From contig CBDFMQ010000002.1 of the NCBI GenBank assembly GCA_965249725.1, positions 2,016,001 through 2,080,000 of the forward strand: a stretch of DNA of 64,000 nt, given 5' to 3'. Shown piece after piece: positions 30,017 to 38,867 of the stretch (the stretch's first letter is position 1; each line of letters opens with the position of its first letter). The translations under genes were made by a program, and so were the position numbers. The notes under the pieces are model-generated. The model was not told the DNA's origin and did no database searches. It worked only from the letters and a program-made list of their open reading frames with translations. This DNA is from Longimicrobiales bacterium. Its GTDB lineage: Bacteria; Gemmatimonadota; Gemmatimonadetes; Longimicrobiales; Gaopeijiaceae.

Positions 30017-32260
30017 TCAGTTCCTGAACAGATACGACGTCTTGAAGAAGAGGCGCCGCTGCATCTCGCTGAACCGGTCGCTGGGATTGAACCGTCCGCC
30101 ATCCCATTCGGTCCTCTCGTAGAGGGACCCGTACCCCAGGTGCATCACCGTTCCCGGGATGTACGTGAACGAAGCGAGGAAGTCCGTGACCAACTCCTCG
30201 CGGAAGTCGTTGTACTCCACGATTCCCCGGAAGAAGAGGTACTTGTTCATCTGGTACGTGATCCGGCCGCGGAGGATGGGATAATCGTAGATCTTCTCCG
30301 AATCTGATTCCCGAAAGAAGTCCACGTAGGTCAGCCGGAACTCCGTATCGATATTCTGAGTCGGTCGCGCCCCGAACGTGGCGGACATGCGACGAGACCG
30401 GCCCTGGTACGGATCGGCTGAATAGAAGGGCGATTTCCCGCTTCGAAATACGGTGCCGACGTTGATGCGGTCCGAGAACTGATTGATGACGGTGAAGGAA
30501 TACCCGCCGGTGTCGAACTCATCTCCCAAGAAGATCTCAGTCGAATAGCCGAACTCTCCTGTCACCGTCAAGCTCCCGAACAAGAAGTTCGTGAGGCCGA
30601 CGCTGTTGGCGGTCTCCCAGCGGTCGCTCTCGACGTCTAGCGTCTGGGTGGTGGAGAGGTTCAGATCGATCCGACGCACCCAGTCGAGCTCCGGGTAGAA
30701 CTTGGGCTTGAGCTGGCCTCCGATCTGCCGCACGCCGGTTCGCGTGAGGAATCCCATGTCCACCTGGAAATTTTGGGAGATGTCCGTGTAGGCCACGTTG
30801 TAGTCGATGTTGCGGCTCGCCACTCCGAAGCGTGCACCAACGGCGTGCCCGCCGACCGTGGAGCCCAGTGTGGAGCCCAGTGTGGAGCCCAGTGTGGAGC
30901 CCGGTGTGGAACCGGGTAAGGACGGCCCGCCGGGGGTGTCGATCACGTCCCTCGTACGAGACATGAGGGCGTGGAATCCGATGGATCCGGAGGCGCTGAC
31001 ACGGAAGTAGCCGTCGGCGCCGGCGACCCGGTTGAACTGACCATCCAGCTCCCGTCCCGCGTAGATCCCTCCAACGTAGGTGTCGTCGTCGAGAGACCGC
31101 TTGTAGCGCACTACGGGCACGTGGGCATAGGCCGTCCCGCCGTCCGACGCAGCACCGGGCAGTTCGTCGGCCGCATAGACCGTCGCGATCGTATGATTGC
31201 TCCCCAGCCTACCCGAGACGCGTGCACCCGTGATGGGATCGACGACTCTCCTCGTGTAGAAGACCGAGCGAAGCGGATCCAGGCCCGACTTCGCGGTAGC
31301 GGCGATACCGAAGTGCTCGCGGCCCTCGAGGAAGAATGGTCTCTTCTCGGGGAAGAAGAGATCGAACCTGAGGTTCACGTCCACCTGTCCCGCGTCCGCC
31401 TCGATCTGACTGAAGTCGGGGTTGTAGGTCGCATCGAGAACCAAGTCGGAAGTGAGCCCGTACTTGGCCGTGAGGCTGAACTCCCCTTGCTCCTCGGTCG
31501 TGTTCAACCGCCCGGCCTCGTTGGCCTGGTCCACTCCGTAGGTACCCGCGGGCAGCAGCTCCAGGAGCCGATCGCTCTCGATTCCCCGGTACGAGAGCGG
31601 CTGCATTTGGTTCAGCCACTGCCCCGCCAAAGCCGGGTCCAACTCCGGAGCCGTGCCCTGCTGGGAGTTCCGGAAGACATGCCGCTCGAATATGACGCCC
31701 ATGCGCACCGGGTCCGTATCAGCGAAGCGGATGCTCTTGAGCGGGATGCTCATCTCGACCGTATAGCCGGTCTCGTCGATCCGGGCGCCACTATACCAGA
31801 CCATGTCGACGTTGCGGTCCTCCGTCCCCGATGCGAATCGGCCGTCCCCTTGGATGCCGAGGGCGTTGGAGTAGAACGCGTTGAGCGACTGTTGATCGCC
31901 AAAAGTATCGAGGTTCACGGCGACCCAGTCCTCCCCGAACATGTTGTCCCGGCTCGTCACCGTGGCCTTTAGCTGGTCCGGCTCAGGGTCGTACGCGCGA
32001 AAGGCGAAGTAGAGGTTCTCCTCGTCGTACGCCATGTACACGTCGGTGTCGCCCACCATCTCCACGCCGTAGTCGGGACTGAAGGTCCTGAACCCAGAGA
32101 AAGGTGTGATAGCCCCCCAAACATCGTCGTCCAGCACCCCGTCGATGGTCGGGGCCGAACCGGTCTGAAAAGGCTCGATCAGGTCTTGGGCAGAGGCCGG
32201 AGCGGCCAATGACAAGCAGAAGGCGAGGGCGGCCAGAATCAGTGCATCGGTGCTCTTCAT
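30017..32260 (-). CDS. CBM9-like / DUF5916 outer-membrane protein
   Basis: P.IDG.LDD..W, YD.ENLY, NPDFSQIEAD and FFPEKRPFFLEG motifs, with C-terminal K.SYLF. Start trimmed to MKSTD. Confidence 0.88.
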   Translation of the reverse strand: MKSTDALILAALAFCLSLAAPASAQDLIEPFQTGSAPTIDGVLDDDVWGAITPFSGFRTFSPDYGVEMVGDTDVYMAYDEENLYFAFRAYDPEPDQLKATVTSRDNMFGEDWVAVNLDTFGDQQSLNAFYSNALGIQGDGRFASGTEDRNVDMVWYSGARIDETGYTVEMSIPLKSIRFADTDPVRMGVIFERHVFRNSQQGTAPELDPALAGQWLNQMQPLSYRGIESDRLLELLPAGTYGVDQANEAGRLNTTEEQGEFSLTAKYGLTSDLVLDATYNPDFSQIEADAGQVDVNLRFDLFFPEKRPFFLEGREHFGIAATAKSGLDPLRSVFYTRRVVDPITGARVSGRLGSNHTIATVYAADELPGAASDGGTAYAHVPVVRYKRSLDDDTYVGGIYAGRELDGQFNRVAGADGYFRVSASGSIGFHALMSRTRDVIDTPGGPSLPGSTPGSTLGSTLGSTLGSTVGGHAVGARFGVASRNIDYNVAYTDISQNFQVDMGFLTRTGVRQIGGQLKPKFYPELDWVRRIDLNLSTTQTLDVESDRWETANSVGLTNFLFGSLTVTGEFGYSTEIFLGDEFDTGGYSFTVINQFSDRINVGTVFRSGKSPFYSADPYQGRSRRMSATFGARPTQNIDTEFRLTYVDFFRESDSEKIYDYPILRGRITYQMNKYLFFRGIVEYNDFREELVTDFLASFTYIPGTVMHLGYGSLYERTEWDGGRFNPSDRFSEMQRRLFFKTSYLFRN
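30858..30917. repeat. 12-bp tandem repeat GTGGAGCCCAGT x5 (3 perfect, 2 degenerate)
   Basis: Read directly. Encodes PGSTPGSTLGSTLGSTLGST on the minus strand. Confidence 0.95.
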
Positions 32261-32758
32261 ATCCTCTTCCTCACATAGCCACCCGAGCTCGGCAGAAGTC
32301 CGAGCCGACCGAACGTTGATCCAAGATCCGCATCGTGTTCGCCGAATATCGTTGGGGTCCACGAGGCGGTCAACGACGTATGTAAAGCTGGCCTGACACA
32401 CGTCGGCGGGCCCTGGGCACCGCGAAGCAGGAGCCAGATACTGACAACCGAGGCCATCCAGATCCCGATCCAGATCAGGTTGAAAGCAGGCTCTTCCCTT
32501 TGCGCCCCACATCCGGGTGCGTGTCCAGGAGTCGGTCGTACGCTTCCACCTGTCCCTTCGAGTACCAGTGCCGCGTTGGCGCGGTTCACTAACGTCCGAC
32601 AGATTAGCCCGTCCCTCTGACCCCGCATTTGTGAGGTGCCTGCGCGATGGCGCGATCTGGTTTGGTGCGTGAACTCGACCCAGATCGGGTGCCCGAGATC
32701 GTCGGCACGAATAGGGTGTCACCCGACTGACGACCTGGGGCTTCTATAGGGAGGACCG

Positions 32759-33244
32759 ATGACGGAAAAGCACCGGACCGTAGCCATCGTCTGCGTGGCG
32801 GCGATAGGACTGTGGGCCTGCACGGATGCTCCCGAGGCGGCTTCGACGCCCGATCTGGCTCAGGTCTCGATCGAGGTGGAAGCAGCTGTCTGGGCCTTTC
32901 ATGCGGCGGATACGGCGAAAGACGCGGAGGGAGTCATCGGCCTCTTGTGGCCGGACTTCACGATGCTCGTGGATGGCAACCGGGTCGGCTACGACGACGT
33001 GGTTGCAGGGTCCCGCGAGTACATGGCCAGTCTCGAACTGTTCGACGCCGAGTGGACGGACCTTCAGATCACCGCACTCGGGCCCGACGCGGCCGTCGCT
33101 TCGTTCCAGTTCAGAGACTCGATTGTGACCTTGGCAGGGGACCTCATCCAGAACCGAGGGCCGACGAGCTTCGTGTGGAAACGGCGGGGTGGAGAGTGGC
33201 GGCTTCTGTTCGCAGACGCAGACCACTATCCGATCGATCCGTGA
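32759..33244 (+). CDS. NTF2/SnoaL-like lipoprotein
   Basis: GGAGG RBS, lipobox LWAC and an NTF2-type C-terminus VWKRRGGEWR. Confidence 0.8.
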   Translation: MTEKHRTVAIVCVAAIGLWACTDAPEAASTPDLAQVSIEVEAAVWAFHAADTAKDAEGVIGLLWPDFTMLVDGNRVGYDDVVAGSREYMASLELFDAEWTDLQITALGPDAAVASFQFRDSIVTLAGDLIQNRGPTSFVWKRRGGEWRLLFADADHYPIDP

Positions 33245-33293
33245 TACGCATCTTCGCGGGGGAACTCCCCACGGCCGTCGGGGTGACGCCGTT

Positions 33294-33929
33294 ATGACAC
33301 ATACCTTGGCGAGGCCCCGAGAGGAACTCGCAAATGCCCTGAGTCATGGTTTGGGTCTCGTCCTGGCTATAGCGGCGACGCCCGTGCTCATTATCAGTGC
33401 CGCGAGTCGCGGCAGCGCTGCCAACATCGTCGGCAGCTCCGTCTTCGCCGCGACCATGGTGCTCCTCTACCTTTCGTCCACCTCGTATCACGCGGCACCG
33501 AAGAGCCGACTCAAGGATCGCCTGAGGAAACTGGACCACGCCGCTATCTACCTCCTCATCGCCGGCACCTACACGCCCTTCACTTTGGGAGTCCTGGGTG
33601 GCCCGTGGGGTTGGACCCTGTTCGGCCTGGTCTGGGGCGCGGCGACTATCGGTGTCTGCGAGAAGCTGATCTCGGGAATCCGCTATCCGCGCCTTTCCAC
33701 CGTCCTCTATCTGGTCATGGGGTGGTTGGTCTTGATCGCGATCCGCCCCCTCGTGCTCCATGTGCCCCCGGAGGGCATCGGCTGGCTCGTCGCAGGAGGC
33801 CTCTCCTACACGGTCGGGACATTGTTCTACACAGCCCACCGTCTCCCCTACAACCACCTGATCTGGCACTTGTTCGTACTGTCCGGCTCGACTTGCCACT
33901 TCTTCGCAGTGCTGTGGTATGCCACGTGA
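33294..33929 (+). CDS. Hemolysin III / PAQR family membrane protein
   Basis: EELANALSHG, SSTSYH, DHAAIYLLIAGTYTP and HLIWHLFV motifs. Confidence 0.93.
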   Translation: MTHTLARPREELANALSHGLGLVLAIAATPVLIISAASRGSAANIVGSSVFAATMVLLYLSSTSYHAAPKSRLKDRLRKLDHAAIYLLIAGTYTPFTLGVLGGPWGWTLFGLVWGAATIGVCEKLISGIRYPRLSTVLYLVMGWLVLIAIRPLVLHVPPEGIGWLVAGGLSYTVGTLFYTAHRLPYNHLIWHLFVLSGSTCHFFAVLWYAT

Positions 33930-33962
33930 CGCCGGGGTCCCGCTAGGAGGATAACGAGCGAT

Positions 33963-34556
33963 ATGCGCAACATCGTAACCGTCTCGGCCACGAGCCGGCC
34001 CGACAACTACACGTCGATGGCCCTCGCCATCGTAAACGACGAACTCGCGAAGCGAGAGGTGTCGTCGACTTCGTTCGATGCCCGTAATCTGTCCTTGTCC
34101 TTCCCTGGACACCCACCCACCGAGGACGCTGAGCGGCTGAGATCGGCCGTAGAAGAGGCGTCTGGAGTGGTAATCGCGACCCCGGAGTATCACGGGAGCT
34201 TCTCCGCCATGGCCAAACTGGTCATCGAGAATCTCGGCTTTCCGTCCGTGTTGGCCGGTAAGCCGGTAGCCCTGGTCGGGGCCGCCGCCGGACGAATCGG
34301 CGCCATCAAATCTCTGGAGCAGCTGCGCGGCGTCTGTGCACACACGGGTGCGCTCGTCCTACCGGGAAGCGTATCGGTAGCCGGCGTTCAGGCCGCGTTC
34401 AACCCAGAAGGCCAATGCACGGACGAGGGCGTGGAGGGAGCGCTACGAGGGATTGCGGGGGCTCTGCTCGAGTTCATCGAGCACTACGTTTGCCCGAAGT
34501 ACGCGCTGGAGGCGATGGTCCGTGGAGAGGGTCGACCTTGGACTTCGACGCTCTGA
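33963..34556 (+). CDS. NADPH-dependent FMN reductase
   Basis: TPEYHGS...K..IE and GKPVAL motifs. Confidence 0.9.
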   Translation: MRNIVTVSATSRPDNYTSMALAIVNDELAKREVSSTSFDARNLSLSFPGHPPTEDAERLRSAVEEASGVVIATPEYHGSFSAMAKLVIENLGFPSVLAGKPVALVGAAAGRIGAIKSLEQLRGVCAHTGALVLPGSVSVAGVQAAFNPEGQCTDEGVEGALRGIAGALLEFIEHYVCPKYALEAMVRGEGRPWTSTL

Positions 34557-34596
34557 ACCCCGTGATACTCTCCTTGCAGGGAGACACGCTGCGGCC

Positions 34597-35250
34597 ATGA
34601 GCGTCGGGCGACGATGGAGCTTGGCATGGAGCTTGGCATGGGGTTTGGCCCAGATCGCGAGGCTGGCCGCTGCGGTCGTCATTACGGCCACCGCGACGAC
34701 CCAGGGACTGTCCGGGCAGGAGCGCCAGGAGCTGGTGGTCTCTGATTCGGTCGGCCTTCGTACTCCCCCAACCATCTCACCCCAGAGTGGAAGTTCGGGC
34801 ACCGAGGTCACTGTGAGCGCCATTCACCTGCCTGCCATCACACCGGTACAGATTGGTGTCGGCGCGATCGGGACGGGCTTCGAGGTGCTTGATCAGCTGA
34901 TGACCAGTCCAGAAGGCGAGATCACGCATACGGTCCAGGTTCCGCGATGGGCCACCCGAGACCGGTCCCACGTCTTCATCGTGCTCGACATCTACTTTCG
35001 CCCGCTGTCCATGTCTGGTCCGTTCCACGTCACGGACCGCAACGGCCTCGTTTCAAGAGCCGGTCGCGTCATGACTCGCGACTCCCAGTGTGTGACGATG
35101 CTCGGCGGAGACGATCAGTTGTACTCGCTGACGGGAGATCTCAGGGGACTGCGCCCGGACGACGAGGTGATCGTGGAGGGAGGGTTGGCCGAGAACTCGC
35201 CGTGCGATCAGGGCGTTGCGTTGGACGTGGTGCGGGTCAGGCGACCGTAG
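34597..35250 (+). CDS. Secreted hypothetical protein (Ig-like domain plus small C-terminal OB-like domain)
   Basis: Signal-like N-terminus. C-terminal C..L...D..LYSL.G...V.V.G...C.QG pattern. Confidence 0.72.
   Translation: MSVGRRWSLAWSLAWGLAQIARLAAAVVITATATTQGLSGQERQELVVSDSVGLRTPPTISPQSGSSGTEVTVSAIHLPAITPVQIGVGAIGTGFEVLDQLMTSPEGEITHTVQVPRWATRDRSHVFIVLDIYFRPLSMSGPFHVTDRNGLVSRAGRVMTRDSQCVTMLGGDDQLYSLTGDLRGLRPDDEVIVEGGLAENSPCDQGVALDVVRVRRP
34614..34649. repeat. 12-bp tandem repeat ATGGAGCTTGGC x3 (last degenerate)
   Basis: Read directly. Encodes WSLAWSLAWGLA in the signal region. Confidence 0.85.
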
Positions 35251-35291
35251 GTGGGCATCATCTGCTCATCCCCATCCCGGGAGTAGCCTCC

Positions 35292-35888
35292 ATGCTCATC
35301 AAGCAGGCTACTCTCGAGGGCGTAAAGGAGGGCCGAGTCACCCTGGCGTTCAGGCGCTGGCAGCGGCCCACGGTCAAGACCGGGGGGACGCTCCTGACGT
35401 CGGCAGGCCTCATCGCCATCGATGCCGTCGATGCCGTGGACCTCGACACGGTGACGGAACCTGAGGCCGTGGCCGCAGGCTTTGTGGACCTGGAGACCCT
35501 ACGGGCTACCCTCCAGCAGCGGGGCACAGGTCAGGTGTACCGGATCGCGCTGCGCCTGGCCGGACCGGACCCGAGGATCTCGCTGCGACGGCAAGTCCCG
35601 GACAGCCCCGCAGAGTTCGAGGGATTACGGACACGCTTGGCCCGCATGGACGCGGCCGCCAAGGCGGGACCCTGGACGCGTAAGGTGCTGTCTCTCCTCG
35701 AGCAGAGGCCGGCCGTGCGCGCAGGTGATCTCTCCCTCGAGATGGGGATGGAGAAGGACCGCTTCAAGGCCAACGTGCGGAAGCTCAAGAGACTGGGCCT
35801 GACCGAGAGCCTCGAGGTGGGATATCGACTCTCCCCCAGAGGCGAGGCCGTGCTACGCTTCCTCCAAGAAACGGAACCAGCGAGGTGA
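35292..35888 (+). CDS. ASCH-like domain plus C-terminal winged helix protein
   Basis: G.VTLAFRRW.RPTVK.GG and FKANVRKLK.LGLTESLEVGYRLSPRG motifs. GGAG RBS before MLIKQ. Confidence 0.8.
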   Translation: MLIKQATLEGVKEGRVTLAFRRWQRPTVKTGGTLLTSAGLIAIDAVDAVDLDTVTEPEAVAAGFVDLETLRATLQQRGTGQVYRIALRLAGPDPRISLRRQVPDSPAEFEGLRTRLARMDAAAKAGPWTRKVLSLLEQRPAVRAGDLSLEMGMEKDRFKANVRKLKRLGLTESLEVGYRLSPRGEAVLRFLQETEPAR

Positions 35889-35907
35889 TGAAGGAGTTGC
35901 GCTGATC

Positions 35908-36258
35908 ATGACTCGATCATTGGAGTGGCGGTACCACCGCCCCGGCTGACAGAGCTGCAAACACACGCAGGAGTTTCTTGCGCAGAATGCCATCGGCGAT
36001 GGCGTCGTGCAGACCACGACAAAGGAGCCGCTGGCCGGTGCCGACGCCTTGTCCGTGCTCGAAGGGGTATCCGAGCTCTTTGTTGCGAAGGGGAAGACCG
36101 TCCTCCACTTCGACCTCGAGAATGAGCCACTCACGGACGATGAACTGCTCGCCCTGCTGTTGGGCCGCTCGGGGAAGCTCCGGGCTCCAACGCTCAAGAC
36201 CGGACGCCGGCTGCTGGTGGGGTACAATCGGGCGCTGCTCGAGACGACCCTGCTCTAG
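35908..36258 (+). CDS. ArsC-family (thioredoxin fold) selenoprotein, UxxC
   Basis: AAGGAG RBS, then MTRSLEWRYHRPG[TGA 35947]QSCKHTQEFL, continuing in frame into ORF 36007-36258 (LLGRSGKLRAPTL.....LLVGYN). A hairpin follows the TGA. Confidence 0.85.
35955..35985 (+). promoter_or_regulatory. bSECIS-like stem-loop
   Basis: CGCAGGA-GTT-TCTTGCG upper stem, with a loop-first G 24 nt after the UGA and a CTG/CAG lower pairing. Confidence 0.65.
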
Positions 36259-36483
36259 CGGATGTCGAGTCGCTACCAGCCGCCGCAAGCCTGCAGGGCG
36301 ACCATCAACGCGAGCGTCGACAGCCGTTTGAACCAGAGAGCACCATGATCACCTCCGCTCAAAGGCCCCGTTGATGCGTAGGCGGGCTCCCTTAAGATCG
36401 CACATTCCGGTACTGGCGCCGAGAGCCGCGCCTGCCCACGTTCGGCCTGCAGAAGCAGTTGAACCCGGAGAAGTGCCAGGCCA

Positions 36484-37777
36484 ATGAAGTACCCGTCCCA
36501 CGCACCGCATCCTGCCGCCCTCTCGCGGCGGCGTTTCCTGAAGGCGACGGGGACCGGAATCCTCGGCTTTTCCGCGTTCGGATGCGACGTGGGTACGCCC
36601 CCAGCGACGGATCGGGCTCGGTCGGCACTCACACGGCCCACGGGTCTGGACGACGCGGCCTGGGCCCATGTGAGGGAGCAGTTCATCCTGGAGCCGGGCG
36701 TGGCGTATATGAACAACGCCAGCCTGGGCATGCCTCCCGGCGTCGTGGCGGAGGCCGTGGCGGCCGGGTACGAAGCGATCTCCAAGGAGCCTCTCCACGG
36801 CAAGCACGACCTCCAAGACGAGATCGCACAGCGGGTCGTCCCCGGGCTCGCCAGCCTGCTCGGGGTGACTCCCGGTGAGGTGGCGCTGACACGGAACGCC
36901 ACGGAGGCGCTCCATCTCCAAGCGGTGGGGCTCGACCTGAAGCCGGGCGACGAGGTGATCTTCACCACGCAGGAGCACCCAGCCGGCCTGAGGCCTTGGT
37001 TGTTCCGTGCAGAACGGCACGGAGTCCAGGCCACATCCATCTTCGTCCCGAGCCCCCTCGAGAGTGAAGACCACGTGGTTCGGCTTTTCGAGCAGGCCAT
37101 TACGCCCCGCACACGAGCCATCGCCTTTTGCCATGTGACCCGGGGCGGGCACCGCTACCCGGTGAGGCGACTGGCAGAAATGGCCAGATCACGCGGATTG
37201 CTCAGTCTCGTGGACGGCGCCCAGGCCTTGGGGCAATTCCCGATCGACCTGCACGATCTCGGGTGCGATGCCTACTCGGCGAGCCTTCACAAGTGGCTCC
37301 TGGGCCCAGTCGGCACGGGGGTCCTCTATGTGCGGGAGAGCGCCCGCGCCCAGATACGATCGGCCTTCGCCCACGACGCGACGACGGACGCTCCGGCCCT
37401 CGCCCCCCCGGGCACCGCGGACTTCCCTCTTCGGGCCGGCATCGGCGCCGCCCTCGACTTCGTGGAGGCCATCGGGCTGGACAATGTGGCGAGTAGGGCG
37501 CGATATCTGTCTGACTACCTGAAGACGCAATTGTCCGACTTGGGGGGGGGTCACCCTATTGAGCGGGACCGCGCAGATGTCATGCCCAGGCTCCACGATC
37601 TTCGAGATGGAGGGGGTAGACGCGATGGCCTTGGTCCCGGTCATGGACGAGGAGCACTCGATCCATATAGACGAGCACCAACGCGACGGACACGATGCAA
37701 TCCGCGTTTCGACACATATCTACAACACCACGGTCGAGATCGACCGCCTCGTAGCAGCGCTCGAGGCCCAGACCTGA
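36484..37777 (+). pseudogene. Tat/lipoprotein class V PLP aminotransferase, +1 frameshift in a G9 tract
   Basis: RRRFLK, YMNNASLG, DGAQ and SLHKWL motifs. The C-terminal IRVSTHIYN..EIDRL lies in the frame of ORF 37559-37777. G8 in place of G9 (37542-37550) restores the frame. Confidence 0.85.
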
Positions 37778-37786
37778 GGAGGACCG

Positions 37787-38038
37787 ATGCCGATCTACGA
37801 ATACTCATGCGAAGAGTGCGAACACCAGTTCGAAGAGTTGGTGCGGGGCGACGAAGTCCCCCAGTGCCCCTCGTGCGGGAGCGAGCAGCTCGAGCGGCTC
37901 ATGTCCCTTCCACGGGTTAGTTCGGAGTCCACGAGGGCCTTGAGCATGAAGGCCGCAAAGAAGAGGGACGCGGGACAGGCAAACGACCGCATGCACGATC
38001 GGCTGCACTACGAAGAGAGCCACGACCGGCACGGCTGA
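37787..38038 (+). CDS. FmdB family zinc-ribbon protein
   Basis: MPIYEYSCEECEHQFE...CPSCGS motif and GAGGAGG RBS. Confidence 0.92.
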   Translation: MPIYEYSCEECEHQFEELVRGDEVPQCPSCGSEQLERLMSLPRVSSESTRALSMKAAKKRDAGQANDRMHDRLHYEESHDRHG

Positions 38039-38057
38039 CCGGAACGGGAGCAAGAAC

Positions 38058-38510
38058 ATGGACCCGTCCTCAGCGTCTTCGTCCCGTACCGGCCTTGCCG
38101 CTGCACTCTATCTCAGGCTAGCCCTGGCGACGGCCTTTCTCTCCGCGGTCGCCGACCGTTTCGGGATCTGGGGTGACCGGGGTGACCCGGGTGTGGCGTG
38201 GGGGAACTTCGATCAGTTTCTCAGCTACACGGCGTCGCTGCTTCCATTCTTGCCGCCAGCCGGGGTAACCGCCATCGGATGGACGGCGACCGCCGCCGAG
38301 ATCGTCCTCGCTATCGCCCTGATAGTCGGGTTCAAGGTCCGGGCGGCGGCGGCCGGGAGCGGTATACTGCTCCTGGGCTTCGCTCTCGGAATGGTGCTGG
38401 GTGACGGTCCGAAGCCCCCCCTCGACGCCTCGGTGTTCACTGCGTCGGCGGGTGCACTCCTGCTCTACGCGTATCCGCACAGCTATCTGAGCGTGGACGG
38501 AGGCGGTTGA
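38058..38510 (+). CDS. DoxX family membrane protein
   Basis: LRLAL..FLSAVADRFG.WG and VAWGN motifs, with 4 TM segments. Confidence 0.85.
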   Translation: MDPSSASSSRTGLAAALYLRLALATAFLSAVADRFGIWGDRGDPGVAWGNFDQFLSYTASLLPFLPPAGVTAIGWTATAAEIVLAIALIVGFKVRAAAAGSGILLLGFALGMVLGDGPKPPLDASVFTASAGALLLYAYPHSYLSVDGGG

Positions 38511-38648
38511 GCCATGCCGGACCGATCGCATCATCTACGGTCGCTGCGATCTCGGTCGGCGTCGTCGTGCTCCTCTCGCTCGGTCCGAGCACCCCTGTCA
38601 TCCTCTGCCGTTGGCGAAGACTCGAGGTAGGCCTGCGCCGCTCCGTGC

Positions 38649-38816
38649 GGATTTCCCGGGGCGGAGGATCTGGGTAACATGTTCCAGTTCAAGCGGGATT
38701 TCGAGGAGTCCTACTGCGGGGCCAGGGACCTGGACCGGGCGCGCGGGCTGAATCCGGAGCTCCAGACGTTGTCCCAATGGCTGGCCGCAAACGGAAGCCA
38801 AATCCCTATCGACTAG
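38649..38816 (+). pseudogene. Orphan 3' fragment of an NmrA/HSCARG family gene
   Basis: Manual translation GFPGAEDLGNMFQFKRDFEESYCGARDLDRARGLNPELQTLSQWLAANGSQIPID*. No Rossmann domain upstream. Confidence 0.72.
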
Positions 38817-38867
38817 GCGCCACTGGGAGCAGAGGCCGCCCGCATCGATCCACAACGGACGTGCCGA

